From assembly GCA_010093705.1 (NCBI GenBank), contig MU006091.1, positions 1,612,001 to 1,676,000 on the forward strand: 64,000 nt of DNA, read 5' to 3'. This DNA comes from Patellaria atrata CBS 101060. Taxonomy: Eukaryota. A model generated the notes under the pieces. The model was not told the origin of the DNA and ran no database searches. It saw only the letters and a list, made by a program, of their open reading frames with translations. A program made the position numbers and the translations under genes. Positions 11,446-25,133 of this stretch are shown here, one piece after another; positions within the stretch are counted from its first letter, which is position 1, and the number at the start of each line of letters is the position of its first letter.

Positions 11446-13383
11446 ATGTCTGAAGCCGCCGCTACACCTTCCGTCAAACCTCTGAATCGTAAGTTCAAGG
11501 GAGCTTCGAGCATCAAGGATTATGAGATTATTCGCAAGCTCGGAGAAGGCACATTCGGGTATGATCGGATTGCAACGTGTTTTGCGATCGTTTTCCCTGA
11601 ATGTGAGGCTAATTCGTACTCAGAGAGGTTCACAAGGCCCAATCCCGAAAGAATGGAAGCATCGTTGCGTTAAAAAAGATCCTTATGCATAACGAGAAGG
11701 ACGGTTTTCCGATTACCGCACTCCGTGAGATCAAACTGCTCAAGATGCTTTCGCACGTCAACATCTTGATGTTGGAAGAGATGGCTGTTGAAAGGCACAA
11801 AGGTCTGTTCACCTGAACTTGCCGACAGGAATGGAGCTGATTGAAGTATAGGTGAAGGCAGAAAGAAGGCAACTTTGTATATGGTCACGCCATACATGGA
11901 TCACGACTTGTCTGGATTGCTCAATAATCCCGATGTTCATTTCACCGAACCGCAGATCAAGTGCTATATGCTACAACTTCTAGAAGGACTGAGATATTTG
12001 CACGACAGTTCAATTCTTCACCGGGATATGAAAGCTGCAAATCTTTTGATCAACAACCGTGGCATCCTTCAGATTGCTGACTTCGGTCTTGCCCGCCATT
12101 ACGATGAGCCAGTACCTCAAGCTGGAAGAGGTGGTGGTGAAGCTAAGAGAGACTACACATCACTAGTTGTCACAAGATGGTATCGTCCACCCGAATTACT
12201 ACTGCAACTTCGACGATACACCACCGCCATCGATATGTGGGGCGCAGGGTGAGAACCAAATGTCTCTCTTTACTTTTTGCATCAGCTAATTCTCTTAGTT
12301 GTGTTTTTGGCGAAATGTTCAAGAGAGAGCCGATTCTTAGAGGAACCAGCGATTTGAACCAAGCCCATATTATCTTCGATCTCGTTGGTGCACCTAATGA
12401 AGAAAACATGCCTGGTTGGAGTCAACTACCAGGTTGCGAAGGCGTCAAGCATTTCGAGCCAAGGCCCGGTAACTTGGCTCAACGATTCAGAGAGTAGGTC
12501 TTCTTCTTACCTCACGTGAACCCGGAACCAGTGTGACTGACAACCAAAAAGGCAAGGCTCTTCTGCAATATCGCTATTGAATGATCTACTCAAACTTGAT
12601 TGGCGGAAACGCATCAACGCCATTGATGCTCTTAATCATCCATATTTCCGGAACGATCCGAAACCTGCCAGGCCAGAAGATCTTCCTGCGTATGCAGATT
12701 CTCACGAACTGGACCGTCGCAATACTAGAGGTGAGAGACCAGCTCTACCCCCAGCGCCTGCTGGGGGTACTGTTGGCATGGGACCAAATGGAGAATGGGC
12801 CGGGCCAAATGCATATCCCAACAATGGCGACAGAGCTTCATTGAGAGGTGGTGTATGGCCGCAAGACCGCGGCCCTCCTGGCTCAGGACCCCCAGGACCT
12901 CCTCCAGGGCCTCCCCCTCGCGGGTATGACAGCCGAGGACCCCATGGTCATCATGATGGCCGCCGCCGTCCCGCTTGGGATCAAAATGGCCCGCGGCACA
13001 ATGGTCCCCCGCATGGTCCGCCACATGGTCCCCCACCTGATGGTATGCGACATCCATTACCACGACCACCACCCCCACCCGGAGGACGAGGCGGAAACGG
13101 GAAGCAGGTTGATACATACATCCCACCTTATTCTTCGGCTCCTCCTCGGCGTCGATCACGTGAGCCGGAGGACCGGAAGCCCAGAGAACATGATGATCGG
13201 AGACCTGTTTCATCAAGGGATGATAGAGCACCACGTCGTGATGATCGAGATTACAGGGATAGAGAGCGCGGTGGAGAGCGACGTGACCACAACCGGGACC
13301 GCAGAACTACTAGAAGCAGAAGTCCCAATGACAGAGACCATCGGCCAATTCGTGACCGAGATCGAGATATTTATCGAAGATAA
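11446..13383 (+). CDS. BUR1: CDK9-family serine/threonine kinase Bur1/Sgv1
   Basis: GEGTFG, PITALRE (about 11709-11729), [16 protein letters not shown] and [10 protein letters not shown] motifs. Introns at 11559-11623, 11803-11851, about 12249-12298 and about 12495-12551. Pro/Arg/Asp-rich C-terminal tail. Confidence 0.95.
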
Positions 13384-13818
13384 TCCAAGCAGAAATCAAG
13401 CTATAACGGGTGGTAGGATTGTTTACTGGGCGTTGGATTTCGGGGCAAAATCGCTGGTGGTTTAAAAAATCTTGGCTGGGCGTTCAAAGGTTGTAGTGGA
13501 GGTACAGCATAGCGTGGCGTCACAGGTTAACACTACACTTTTACTGCTAGGCATGTGAAGATTGATTCATGAGTTAGGATTCTTATTTATGTAGTTCTAC
13601 ATTATTTGCTGCGACGTCAGTTGCATGAGCTTTAGAACGGGGCGCTAGCCACGTATCTAAAGCGTATGCCATCCAAGTTTGAAGCGTTAAACCTTTAAAT
13701 ACGAGTACTGTTGTTGATCTTGAACCCTTTCTTGCCTCTTTGATTGCGTGATTTACTTTGACATTTAGTTTGACAAGGCTAACAGAAATCTATATTGCAT
13801 TATTGCATTCCAGAACAC

Positions 13819-13826
13819 TGAGTCAT
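13819..13826. promoter_or_regulatory. Gcn4/CpcA (cross-pathway control) element TGAGTCAT
   Basis: Consensus ATGACTCA on the minus strand, about 150 bp upstream of the aspartokinase ATG. Confidence 0.6.
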
Positions 13827-13977
13827 CAGTTCCAAGTGGAGGTACCGTAGCGAGACAAGACAAGCACCAAGTGAAATCTAAATCTTCGTCCGAATGCGTT
13901 CTGACACTTCTCCTCTACATAAATATTTACTTTTGCAGCAGACGTGTAAAAACAAATATCAATTGACATATACAAAC

Positions 13978-16085
13978 ATGTCTACACAGACAATGACTAA
14001 CGGCGATTCGATACCGCACACGCAAGAGAAGGATTTACCAGGCGGGTGGGTTGTTTTGAAATTTGGTGGGACAAGCATTGGCAAATTCCCTACCAATATA
14101 GCAGAGATTGTGCGGTATGTAAACATAATCACTCTGACTATACATCTCTTGGATGCAATTGCTGACTTTATCAAAGGTCTGGCCTGGTAGGGAATCGAAT
14201 TGCTGTCGTGTGCTCTGCAAGAAGCAATAATACAAAGGCTGAGGGTACCACGAACAGGTGAGTCAAAAAAGTTCTGTGCCTCGGTCCCGCCAACCGTCAT
14301 GAAACCTTTTTTCAACTACACCAGGCAAAAGCACACTCCTTAACATTGTATAGACTTCTGAGAGCCGCCCGCGAGACTGAGAAGAGGGGCAAAATTACCT
14401 ACTTGGATATCGTCACCGCTATTCAGGAAGACCACGTCGGTGCAGCCGACGACAATATCAAGTCTGGAGAGATCAAGGCACAGTTGAAGCAAGCAATAGT
14501 AGAAGAATGTGCGGACCTTATCAAGATTCTCGACTCTACTCACCATTTAGAGGAGGTTAGCGTGAAAGCCGAGGACAAGATTATTAGCAAGGGGGAAAAA
14601 CTGAGCTGCCGTTTCATGGCCGCCTTACTCCAGGATCGTGAAATCAACGCTCATTACGTAGACCTTTCCGATATCACTGATAATGGTATTCGCGGACTGG
14701 ACGATCAATTTTACCAGGGATTGGGGCATAATATTGCTGATAGAATCAATGCATGTGGTGATGGTGCAGTTCCAGTGATTACTGGCTACTTTGGAAGTAT
14801 CCCTGGAGGTCTCCTTAATGCAATCGGACGTGGTTACACAGATCTTTGTGCAGCACTCGCTGCTGTTGGAATCAAGGCCAAAGAACTCCAGGTCTGGAAG
14901 GAAGTGGATGGCATCTTTACCGCTGATCCACGCAAAGTCCCAATTGCCCGTCTCCTACCCTCTGTATCTCCGTCGGAAGCGGCAGAGTTGACGTTCTATG
15001 GATCTGAAGTTATTCATCCTTTTACCATGGAGCAAGTCATCAAAGCACGTATCCCGATCAGGATCAAAAATGTCATGAATCCTCGAAATAGCGGGACTAT
15101 AATTTTTCCAGACTCCACCGAGGAGTTTTATTCCCCAACTAAACCGTCGCTTGCTCCCGCTTTGTTTCGTACCCGAAGCTCCAGCATCATTGATCGCAAT
15201 CTACGCCCGAAGCGCCCCACCGCAGTTACTGCGAAAAGAGGTATCGTTGTTCTTAACGTCCATAGTAATAAGCGCACCCGGGCTCATGGTTTTCTCATGA
15301 AAATATTCTCAACTTTGGACAAATGGCGTCTCACGGTCGATCTAATCTCCTCCTCTGAGGTCCATGTCTCCATGGCATTACACTCTGAGTCAGCAATGCT
15401 GAGTGGTGGTGGTGTGGATGAATTGAAGATTCAAGATGAGGATTTGAAAGGTGCAGTACAGGATCTCTCGGAGCACGGGACTATTGATCTAGTGCCACAG
15501 ATGGCTATTATCAGTCTGGTTGGTAAGCAACTTAAGAATATGGTCGGTATAAGTGGGAAGTTCTTCTCGGTTTTGGGGGACAATAATATCAATATTGAAA
15601 TGATTTCGCAAGGTAAATACAGCATACCTCTCATTTACGCTCATCTTCCCTTTCCAACCTTGTCCCCTCACAGTATTATTTCATTCTTCGGGTCGTTTTT
15701 CCAGACCAGTCCTAGATGTCTTCGTACTCCTTCCTCTTGGTGCTTGGAAAAAGCTTTTCGTCGTCAGTCTCAAATACGCATTTGTATTCAAAATATGGAG
15801 GTTGGACTTGTTTTACATCTTCGAGGCAAAACAGGCTGTAGCTAGCTCTTCTAAGTAGCATACTGATCTCTGTTTTCGTATTGTCGTTCACCTTCTGTTT
15901 CGACCCAAGGCAATTTCTTTACACAATTTGTACCAGTATTCTTATCATCAGTATCTTCACGATGTACATGCTAACTTTTTATTACAGGAGCCAGTGAAAT
16001 CAATATCTCATGCGTGATTGAGGAACGCGAAGCCGACCGCGCTCTCAATGTCATCCACACGAGCTTGTTCACTTTCCTAGAGTAG
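13978..16085 (+). CDS. HOM3: Aspartate kinase
   Basis: VLKFGGTS, GRGYTDL, WKEVDGIFTADPR and YGSEVIHP motifs plus two ACT domains. Introns at about 14115-14176, 14258-14353 and 15613-15987. Last exon reads GASEINISCVI...FTFLE*. Confidence 0.95.
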
Positions 16086-17669
16086 CATATGCATGGCCAT
16101 GGTGTTTAAAATAGATTGGGAGGCAATATATCAATTTACACATACCACTTCGTCTCCAAACTCATATATTGCTCACCTAGTCAACTGTTACTTACTTCTT
16201 TGGAACAAATATCATCTCGCCTCGCTATTATCAAGACCATACTTTCGTGGTCGGCTAACCTCCTAGCCCCATTTTTCGTGGTGTAATACACATTAATATA
16301 ATCCATATAGTAACCGCCGTATTTCTTTACGCGCCGACCGTTCAGCCCCAATAAACGAGATACGCCTATGCCATGCATACCTAGCAGTAACAACTGCGCT
16401 GCACGTTCCTTCCAATGATTATCTCTTCCGTAACCGTCCCTACTACCCAAAGCGCCAATAGTACAAGGACCTCCATCTCCGACTTCTGAGCCGTCACGTT
16501 TTCGTACCACGGGAACGATTGCACATATTTTATCGACGCGATGCAGACTCCTATAGAGAAAAAAGGAAAGAAGATTGAGTGGTGATGAGAGAGTTTATTC
16601 AAAGGAGGCTAGGCCGCTAGTCTAGAGATGGGCAGGTATGATAATGACATCCGCATTATGCCTGGTGTAGAGGCTAGTTCTGCGTGCCCCCGCTTGGGTC
16701 GAAATGTACACTGATAATCATCCGCACTATATATTTCTTCCAACAATCTTCTTAGACGCCGTCTCCTGCTCGAATCAGCGAAACCCGCTTCCCCTCCCTC
16801 CCCCCCGTTCTCTCCCTCGCAATCAGCGTGTCCAACATCCACATCAAGTGTTAGCTGTTTCTTCGATCATTCGACCGTACACTGTTTCCTTGATTGACGT
16901 CTGATCACTCTTAATGTCGAAATTTATATTCTATCTGTACCACGCCTTGAAATTTCAAGCAATTAAACGGCAAGTACAAGCGCAAACACAACGTCGTTTA
17001 TTATAGTCAAGTCCAGTGAATACATCTATGACGGCCAGATCTTTCATCACTCGTCGATAAGCAAAGAACGCAGATCAAGGATTAACAAGAGGAAATCGAA
17101 TATTGGAATAGTAAACTATATCTCCTTTCGATGGAGAATATAATATAGATATCTGCAAATCAGGAATGGTCTTTACGGCCTCTAGTAAGATTATTTGGAC
17201 GATGTAGGATTGGGAAATAGGAGCTAGGGATCAGTATGGAGTGAGTAGAAAATGCACGAAGTAATCAAAGATAAGTAGTTTAATCTGAAAATTAAAACTT
17301 TCCTTTTATACTCCGTAGAATTTCTCACGATCTGTACATCGTGGCGAGATGTCAATGCCACAACTTCGACAGGAGGCAGAACCAAAACTCCGCGCTTCAA
17401 AGAGACGACGAAACGATACAACCACCAAGTCCAATGCACGAAAAGCAAATGGGTATCATACAGAAACATCAGACGAGCGGACCCGTTTGTACGGCCGAAA
17501 GACCCAAAACCCCAAAGTCAACGAGACGAACGCGACGAGATAAAAGTTCCAGAACTTGACGAGAACAGCCAGAGTAAAAACCCCCAAAGCTCCCAAAACA
17601 CCGAGAGCACCAACAGAAAACACAAAGCCAGAACACCACGAACAGATGAGCGACCAAACCCAGGATCAT

Positions 17670-18115
17670 GAGGTGGACCTGCTTCGGGGTGTTAGTCCCT
17701 CTACATCACCCTCGTTACCGAGTACGCTTCCGGCGGCTACCTTGCAGTTGGGCCTATACAAAATACCAACGTCTTCCCTTAGAGCGGTTCTATCCGTTAG
17801 TAAATGCTAGAAGCTTACCTACGAAGAATAGACTAGCTATCCGCCGCTAGATCGGAGTTTTACCTTAGTCCTCGAACTAGAATAACCTAACTAATAAATA
17901 CTAGATCTTGAGATAGATTATCTTCGGGGTATAAATCCCTTCTACGTCACCCTTATTACTAGATAAACTTCCCAGGGCTACCTTGCGGTTAGGCCCACAA
18001 AAAATACTAACGTCTTCTCCTAAAGTGGTTCTATCCGTTGGTAAATGCTAGAAGCTTACCTACGAAGAATAGACCAGTCATCCGCCGCCGACTCAGAGTT
18101 TTAACCCTGACCTTA
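17670..18115. repeat. Tandem about 200-bp direct duplication (period about 241 bp), RIP-like divergence
   Basis: Identical core taaatgctagaagcttacctacgaagaatagac at 17801-17833 and 18042-18074. Flanks align with mostly C/T and G/A differences. Confidence 0.88.
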
Positions 18116-18489
18116 CAGCGCGATCCGGATGCGGTGGAAGGGTTCCGCGGTGGGATTGATGGAGGGTGAGACTGAGGTTGATGTTAGCCGTGTTCCTTTT
18201 AAGACTGGTTGGAAAGTAAAGTTGGGAACTTAGAAGGAAGAGGTTAGGTTTCGGGTTGTGGGTTTAGTTGGGATATAGGGTGGTGTAGGTGAATTGAGGG
18301 GAATTGTACAGAAAAAGGGAATAGGGGATAGAGATTGAGAGACGAAGAAGGAGAAGTTGTACGGAACAGAGGGATAGTGGATATACAAAACAGGTGAAGA
18401 AGAAGGAATGGGAGAACAGATGGAGTCGAAGGGATTACAAAAAGTAGTAAAGAGGAAGAGGTTCTACAGAAGAGACGGATAGGGGATAT

Positions 18490-18672
18490 TGTCAAGGCTC
18501 AACCTCAGATGGAAGCTGAAAGGTATATTGCTACATGTACATGAAGCTTAAACTTGAGGAAAGAAAGTAAAAGAGAGTGTCAGAATAGCGTGAGCTGTCC
18601 TATTAAAGTACAACATGACTAAGCTACTGGATTATCCAAGGCACTTATACCTATTGGGTCTAGCCCGTGACA
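18490..18672. mobile_element. Solo LTR of an LTR retrotransposon
   Basis: 183 bp bounded by TGTCA...TGACA inverted termini, flanked by a 5-bp target-site duplication GATAT (18485-18489 and 18673-18677). Confidence 0.8.
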
Positions 18673-21600
18673 GATATGCAAGACAAGTCGAGAGGAGAGA
18701 ATTGAAGCATAGGTAGAATTCAAGAGACTACAGAGAGTAGTAAAGAGGAGATTGTACAGCTTAAACTGTACGATGATATGGTGCAGTAGATAAAATTAAG
18801 CAAAACGTAAGGAAAAGGTGGCGCTCAAGGAGCGTACAGAAGTAAGATCAAGAGCAAGGGGTTACAACAGATCTGTGAGATTATACCACTACGGCAAAAG
18901 GCCGGCCGCATCTTGCTTTGTGATTGGTAACTGCGGTCCTACAGGTAATCTAATTGTGTCAAGAGTCATACGAAGGAGGGACTAAGCAGATCGCTAGTAT
19001 GATATCTATATAAAGTACCGGACGTATCCATATTATAGTGTAGATAGTTTCTCATTAAAGAATTCTTATCCTTCCTTCCAGATCTGAGATTTCATACTCT
19101 AAAAACACCAACGTGACTCCAGACCAAAATCAAGTTCTCACTACTTCTGAAATACCGTAGACCAACGAAAGTAAACAATTTATCGTGCATTTAGACATCT
19201 TATTCCAATAAAATATTGCATTCGGATTACAATCATGCAACATAAACTATCAGCGTTTTGCATCCTCTCAACTGTAGAGGAGCGTATACTATATCAAACC
19301 GGACACCTAACACCCTACTCAACCAACGGATACGCACCGTTCCCGAAGTGGAAGCATTTTCAAATTTCATAGAACGCAGCATGGTTGAGACATTATTTGT
19401 CCGTAGGGACAATCCGGGTTTTCAGGTAGCCAACAATCACCCTTGCCCCTTACAATGGAACTATGCCGGAGGGAAAAAAAAAGGAGAGAATTTTACAAAA
19501 AGCTGTAAGGTAGGGTATACCCTCTACCTATCTTCTTAGTGGAGAGTTGTATATGTTCTGTTTGCCTATGGGGGGGGATGTTCTGTCAGCTGTATGAGGT
19601 TACTGGAGTCACCTGGGTGATTTTGGTCTCCGTACCAGAGGTAACGAGAAGGGGCATGGGAATTGTAGCGAATTTAAAGGAAGATCAGTTCTCTGCAGGG
19701 AGCTCTTTGCCAATAACTTACTTCTCGTGACTTGTGACTTCAAAACGTTTGAGAAATGCTCCACTGGATTTTGAGCTGGTTCCAGAAATAGAGACATGCA
19801 TCTATAGGAAAGAGGGAGTTTCTAACAGAGACAATTGCATCGCACTTTCTGAACCGAATGCAGAGTGTTGAAATAGAAAGGGCTCATTTGTATGCATTTC
19901 CTTTGCTATTTACGTTATGTTATTCTGGTAATCGATCTTCCGTGATCACACCACAATGAATCCTCACTTCCTATGACCGCGTCCTTTATGCTCACTCTAG
20001 AAGAGTTCCGCAAGAGAGAGTCTCTGTAGAAGAGTCGTAAGAGAAAACTACCGTTCTTCTTCAAGTCACAGGGTATGTCAGTGTATTAGGGAAATATACG
20101 GCTAATCACTTCTCTGTTGTCGTAATTGTATGACTAGGTTGGGATCCATTCAATGAAACAAGTGTAGTCAAACAGAGAATAGAGTGTTAATTGAAGGAAT
20201 CATTCGAAGAAGTCTCGATGGTGTCTGAGATGGCTGACCTGTAGCAGCAACTACATCACGTCAATTTGAATGGGCATAGCAAACACAAAGTAATGATCAG
20301 TTTGGAAAAGCATAGACGCGCTTGCTCTATGTGTTTGCACCTTCATTGTTATGATGCTATCTAAAGTTGAGAATATTGAACTGTGCAACTAAGTTTGAAT
20401 TCAAAACCATCACTTCTGGTCGCCCCATGTAGAATGTTTTGACTTAGTTGCGTTCCATCACCAGATATATTTCCTTGACTTTGCTTTGACTTCGTGATAA
20501 TCTTCTAGTGCATTTGACTAGACGTGTGTCGTAAAAGTATCAATCATCGATGACTATGATAAGGATATCCGTAATTTGGATGCAGTGGTAGAATATTCGA
20601 TAGCTTTGTTTGAGGATATTAGTATTTTGACTTCATCAAGCAGTGTTGACCCAGCTGAGAGCCATAAATCTAACGACACACGAACTTAAGATAGGACGGG
20701 ATAAGTTTGGGTCTGGCGCTCCACTGCGATTAGAACCTACTTAGCTTTGGCTCGGGCATATTAGAGTAAGACTTCATTGAGGAAGGTTTGACTCACTGGG
20801 AGACCATGGATGAAGTTCTCTCAACTCTTTATTCTGAGTTTGGTTGCAGTTAGATATCGCTTTTCCGCTTTCTGCTGACGCTTGGAATTCCTTTCTTGCT
20901 TGTGGGACTTCTTGAATCTTCGAGTTTGGTCTGGACCAACCACCCGAATGTCCTCTAGTCAAAGGAGCGAGCCATCCGCAATCACTTTCTCGCGTGCGGT
21001 GCGGTTGATCTTAATCACCACTTGAGCGTGGTGAGCTTCCGTTTGCGCGGTGTGCTGCCAGACGCCTGGATTAGAAGTTAGCTTTGATTCTTGCATAGAA
21101 ACCTACATTACTTTGATGTTGTGGTGAGAGCACCGATGATGAGATTTACAGTATCACACGATATCCAGCACCATCATCTATCAGTGAACGCTCCAACATA
21201 GCAAACGTACCTGTTGAATCGGGGCCAGGCGTCGACAAGCCCGCCCGCAGGAATAGAACGGCCAATAGTAGATAAAGCTGGTAAATAAACAAACACAATG
21301 GAATAGCTGGAGTGCACTCAAGGACCGATGTCGGTCCTTAGGCAGTTGTGGAAGAAAAGATAAGAAAGACCGGGAGCTGGGGAATTTCAAGAATCTATAC
21401 TAGTGCCAAGGTCCGCCCACATTAGCCAGGCAACAGTGTTTGTTGACAGTGAAGAAGTGAGTACGCGGGTACGGAGGGAGTTAGGGGTAGACCCGAATGA
21501 AGGAAGGGGTATCTTGCACCGAGGAGTCATCAATGCGGCTGCTGCACACCTAAGCTAGCAAACTGTGAAGCCCACTTCGTAAAGAACGTTAATTTATCCT

Positions 21601-21693
21601 TTAAGCATGTCAGTGTTGTTCTGGAGAGCAATTACACTATAGCTCCAAAAACGAAGCATACAAATGAAAGTTATATCGCTTAAACATTTTTGC

Positions 21694-23412
21694 CTACTTC
21701 CTTTTACGCGTATACTGTTCAGTCATGACAGTATATAACTTCCAGCATACCCAAGTTATCCCAACCACAACGGCAGCCACAGTCCCCCACTCCACGTATG
21801 CTGCTCGATCCATGTCTAGCACAGGTACTGTCAACTCACCAATTAGTCCTCCAGAGCCATTCCCTACTGCATCTGGTGGCACATGGTAAAACATTGTACG
21901 ATCACCAAACAGCCCATCATAACCCAGATTAACCCTATCAAACGGATTCACACTCATCTTTGTACCCTCTTCGGCGGCACATGCCCAAAAGACAGCAGGC
22001 CAAGGGATCGAAACATGCTCCAATCCAGAAGTATTGTGGCTCGGGGAGACATAACGCAAATGTAAGGGGATGCTGACCTCCCAATCCGCCTCATTTGCGG
22101 CGAAATCGCGTGGATAAGCAATCTCAAAGAGCGCAGTCGAACCCCATTTCTTGATCACATAGTCTGGAGCTTCAAGATCGGTTTCCCCGCTAATACTACG
22201 TAACTGACGGATTCGCATCGAAGAGAGAAACAATGGGTCAGCAAAAGCATATCTATCTATAAACATGTGACTAGGGAGCGTGAAGTAGGAGTGCAATGCG
22301 CACCCGGCAAAAGGGACTTTTAAGTTTGAGCGTGGGAAGGTCAGTTGTAAAGTTGGATGCAGCCCAGTTGGCGTCTTGAAGGAAGCTTTGAAAGTTGCTG
22401 GCGCAAATGATGGGAGTGGATGGTGACGGGCTGGGAAGGAGAAGCGGGTGGGCTCTATACGTTCGTAAGTCGGCTGAAGACCTATAGTGGAGCGGGGACT
22501 TGCGCACTTGGATGATCATCGCGCCCAAGTATGGTGAGAAACCCGCCTAATTTAAGTTCCTCGTGTTCATCGGGTTTTTCTGAGCCAAGGACCCCGATCT
22601 CGATAGACTCATCAGCTTTAGGAGAAGTGATCGCTTCAGTCCAACCCGCTGTAGTAGGACTAGCAGACCAGTAGGCTTTGACAATAAGTGTATGCGATAT
22701 GCTGTCATAATCAAAGTCTACATATGATGCAGATAACAGTGTATCCGCGTTTTCGTAACATGCCGAATGTTCAGTGGGACATATTTTCTGCTGGATGTAA
22801 GTCACTAGCTCACGAAGAAGTGGTAATCGGTAATAGTATTGGAACGACGAGGTTGTTGAAAAGCGCTCTGAGAGAATTGGAAGGCCAATAAAAGTTTCCT
22901 GCCCGTTCAAATAAGTCTGAAGTAATTGGAAACTATTATAACCTCATGCGTACCTGTGGAGAATCACATTTCAGATCATTCGAGAACACCTTCTTCAGTA
23001 TTGGACATACCCGCGAGCTAAGTGCCAAAATTAGATTTCATATTATGTATAGTGATGGACTATCTACATACGCCTCAACTTTTTGATGTGGTGTGAACAG
23101 AACATGGAGACCCGGTCCCGCTAACGAATTAAACGGTGAATACGCCGTCCATGTGTGCTCTTCTGACCATCGTATATGTAGCTCATAACATTGCTTCAAT
23201 GTTAATAACAACTAGGAATTATAAGCTAGATAATACTGGGACAATTCATAGCATCATACTTCTTGCGGTAGCTCGTCAAAACCTAGAGTGATTCGATGTT
23301 CTTTTGCAGCTTTGAGATTTTTGACTGAGAATATCTGTCCAGAAACATTCAATTGTGAAGGATCAAAGGAACCGTTTGGATCGTGCAATAAGTAGGTAAT
23401 TCGATGTTTCAT
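21694..23412 (-). CDS. PBN1: PIG-X/Pbn1, GPI mannosyltransferase I subunit
   Basis: Multi-exon. N-terminal MKHRITYLL...AAKEHRITLG, then LHSYFTLPSHMFIDRY, GETDLEAPDY, IPLHLRY, PWPAVFWAC, NPFDRVNLGYDGLF and a C-terminal TM helix. Confidence 0.88.
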
Positions 23413-23816
23413 TATTTCGCTCTCGAGTCAATTTTTATCCGTTTTCGCACCTCCTTTGAGAACGGGATGAGGTTGATATTGACATGACGGTATTACTTCG
23501 GGAAATCGCGATGGTCTAAATATGAAAGGGGTAAGGGTTGAACTTCGAGTAAGAATCCTTTCTATGCATTTTTACATTAGAGCTATAACAGAAGCGTTGG
23601 GTAGGAATCTATGAAAATGTTTACGGTGATTTTATGCCCGTAGACTAACTTCACTCAACCTATTATCCCTTTTTGCTCTATTACCTAACTAATTTCCCCC
23701 CCTTAGATCGTAAGTCTAGATATGTACATTTTTCTCACCCCTCCGTGTAAATCAAGAAAATGGATATCTAAATGTCACACTCAATCCCATTAAACTATGT
23801 TTGCTCCCTGAGCCGT

Positions 23817-25133
23817 TCATGTAGTACCTTCTACAATCGGTACCACCGGGCCTATTCCACTCAGAACCGCAACCCCTGGATTGTCGTGGTCGGCCGGTAA
23901 TGGTTCGAAAATGGGATGTAGTGGATATACAGGCCCAACGCTCATCTCTCCATCAAATAGCAGAAGATTTTGGATTGGTTGTTCCCGCTTACCCAAAACA
24001 TTAATGATATCTTGAGCCAGCTCTCCCCCGAGAAATGCAGTTACTGGAGCCAACTCACTATCCAGATTTTGTAGGAAGGAGCGCAGGAAATCAGCACGGA
24101 GAGTTTCAGGGGGAAGCTGCAACTCTTTCGTTTTCTCGGTGGCAGAAGTAGTGAACATCTGGAGGTCTGTCTGGGAATGAGAAGGAGAACGAGCTGTCAA
24201 GGATTGGAATTCCCATAGCGCGCGGAAGCAGGGTAGAAGTGGAGAGACTTGACGTAGCTTGCGGCGCGACTTGAGAATCTCGGGTGGTAAAGATGATGTA
24301 TTTGCAAGTTGTAATGGAGAGAAGAGTTCTTGTTTTGTGACCATCTCCACATTCTTTCCATTCTCTTTCTTCGTTTTTGTTCGAATAATTCTGCGCGTGG
24401 CACTTTCTGCGATTAGCTGTGTTGGACGATTTGACAGTTCTCGTTCAATCACAAAGGTGTGATCGATAAGATCCGAGAATATATATCCATAGAACCCGTG
24501 TGCACCGGCCGCGTAAAAAGGACGATTAAATACGCGGCACGCAGCATTGATCATAGTTATGGAGAGGTAATTTGGATCTGTGGAGATAATGATGTCGAAT
24601 TTGGAGAAGAACGAGGGGTCTTTAGCTAATATAGCGGTCGAATCGGCCGTGATATTAACACGGGGGTTGAGCTTTCTGAGTTGAGGGGCTGCTGCTTCGG
24701 CGCGCTGGGTCTGTTAGAATGATGGAACATATTTATACGGCCTGAACTCACATTCTTGTTAATGTCGGCATCGGTGACGAGGAATTGCGAGCATAGGTCG
24801 TCCTCTGTCACTAATTCGTGGTCAACAATTGTGAGAGACCCAATGCCAGCAAGGACAAGGTTCTTCGCGACCTCATTTGCTAAAGCTCGGATGGAAATGA
24901 GTAAAATGTTCGCTGTCCGTATCCTAGACGATCATTAGTCCGTCATCGCATGTACCAGTGATTCATACTCACTTTTCTTGCGCCTGCACACCCCAAAGGC
25001 GAATCTGGCGGTCGTAGAGAGCTATTTCGTCTGGACTAATTGTTTGCGCCTGCGCTATAGCTCCCACAAGTTCACCAGCCGGATCTTCTGTTGTCAAAGA
25101 ACCATTCGTGTTCATGGAAGTTTGGTCTGTCAT
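23817..25133 (-). CDS. AOS1: SUMO-activating enzyme E1 subunit Aos1/SAE1 (ThiF family)
   Basis: DEIALYDRQIRLWGVQAQEK, ANEVAKNLVLAGIGSLTIVD, GFYGYIFSDL and ELAPVTAFLGGELAQDIINVL motifs. Two short introns near 24925-24972 and 24706-24751. Confidence 0.9.

Noticed and set aside
15613..15987. Intronic box C/D snoRNA in the long HOM3 intron
   Set aside because: No RTGATGA C box paired with a CTGA D box and terminal stem was found by eye.
16181..16904. Several 60-110 aa ORFs downstream of HOM3
   Set aside because: No motifs, no supported splice structure and mostly non-ATG starts.
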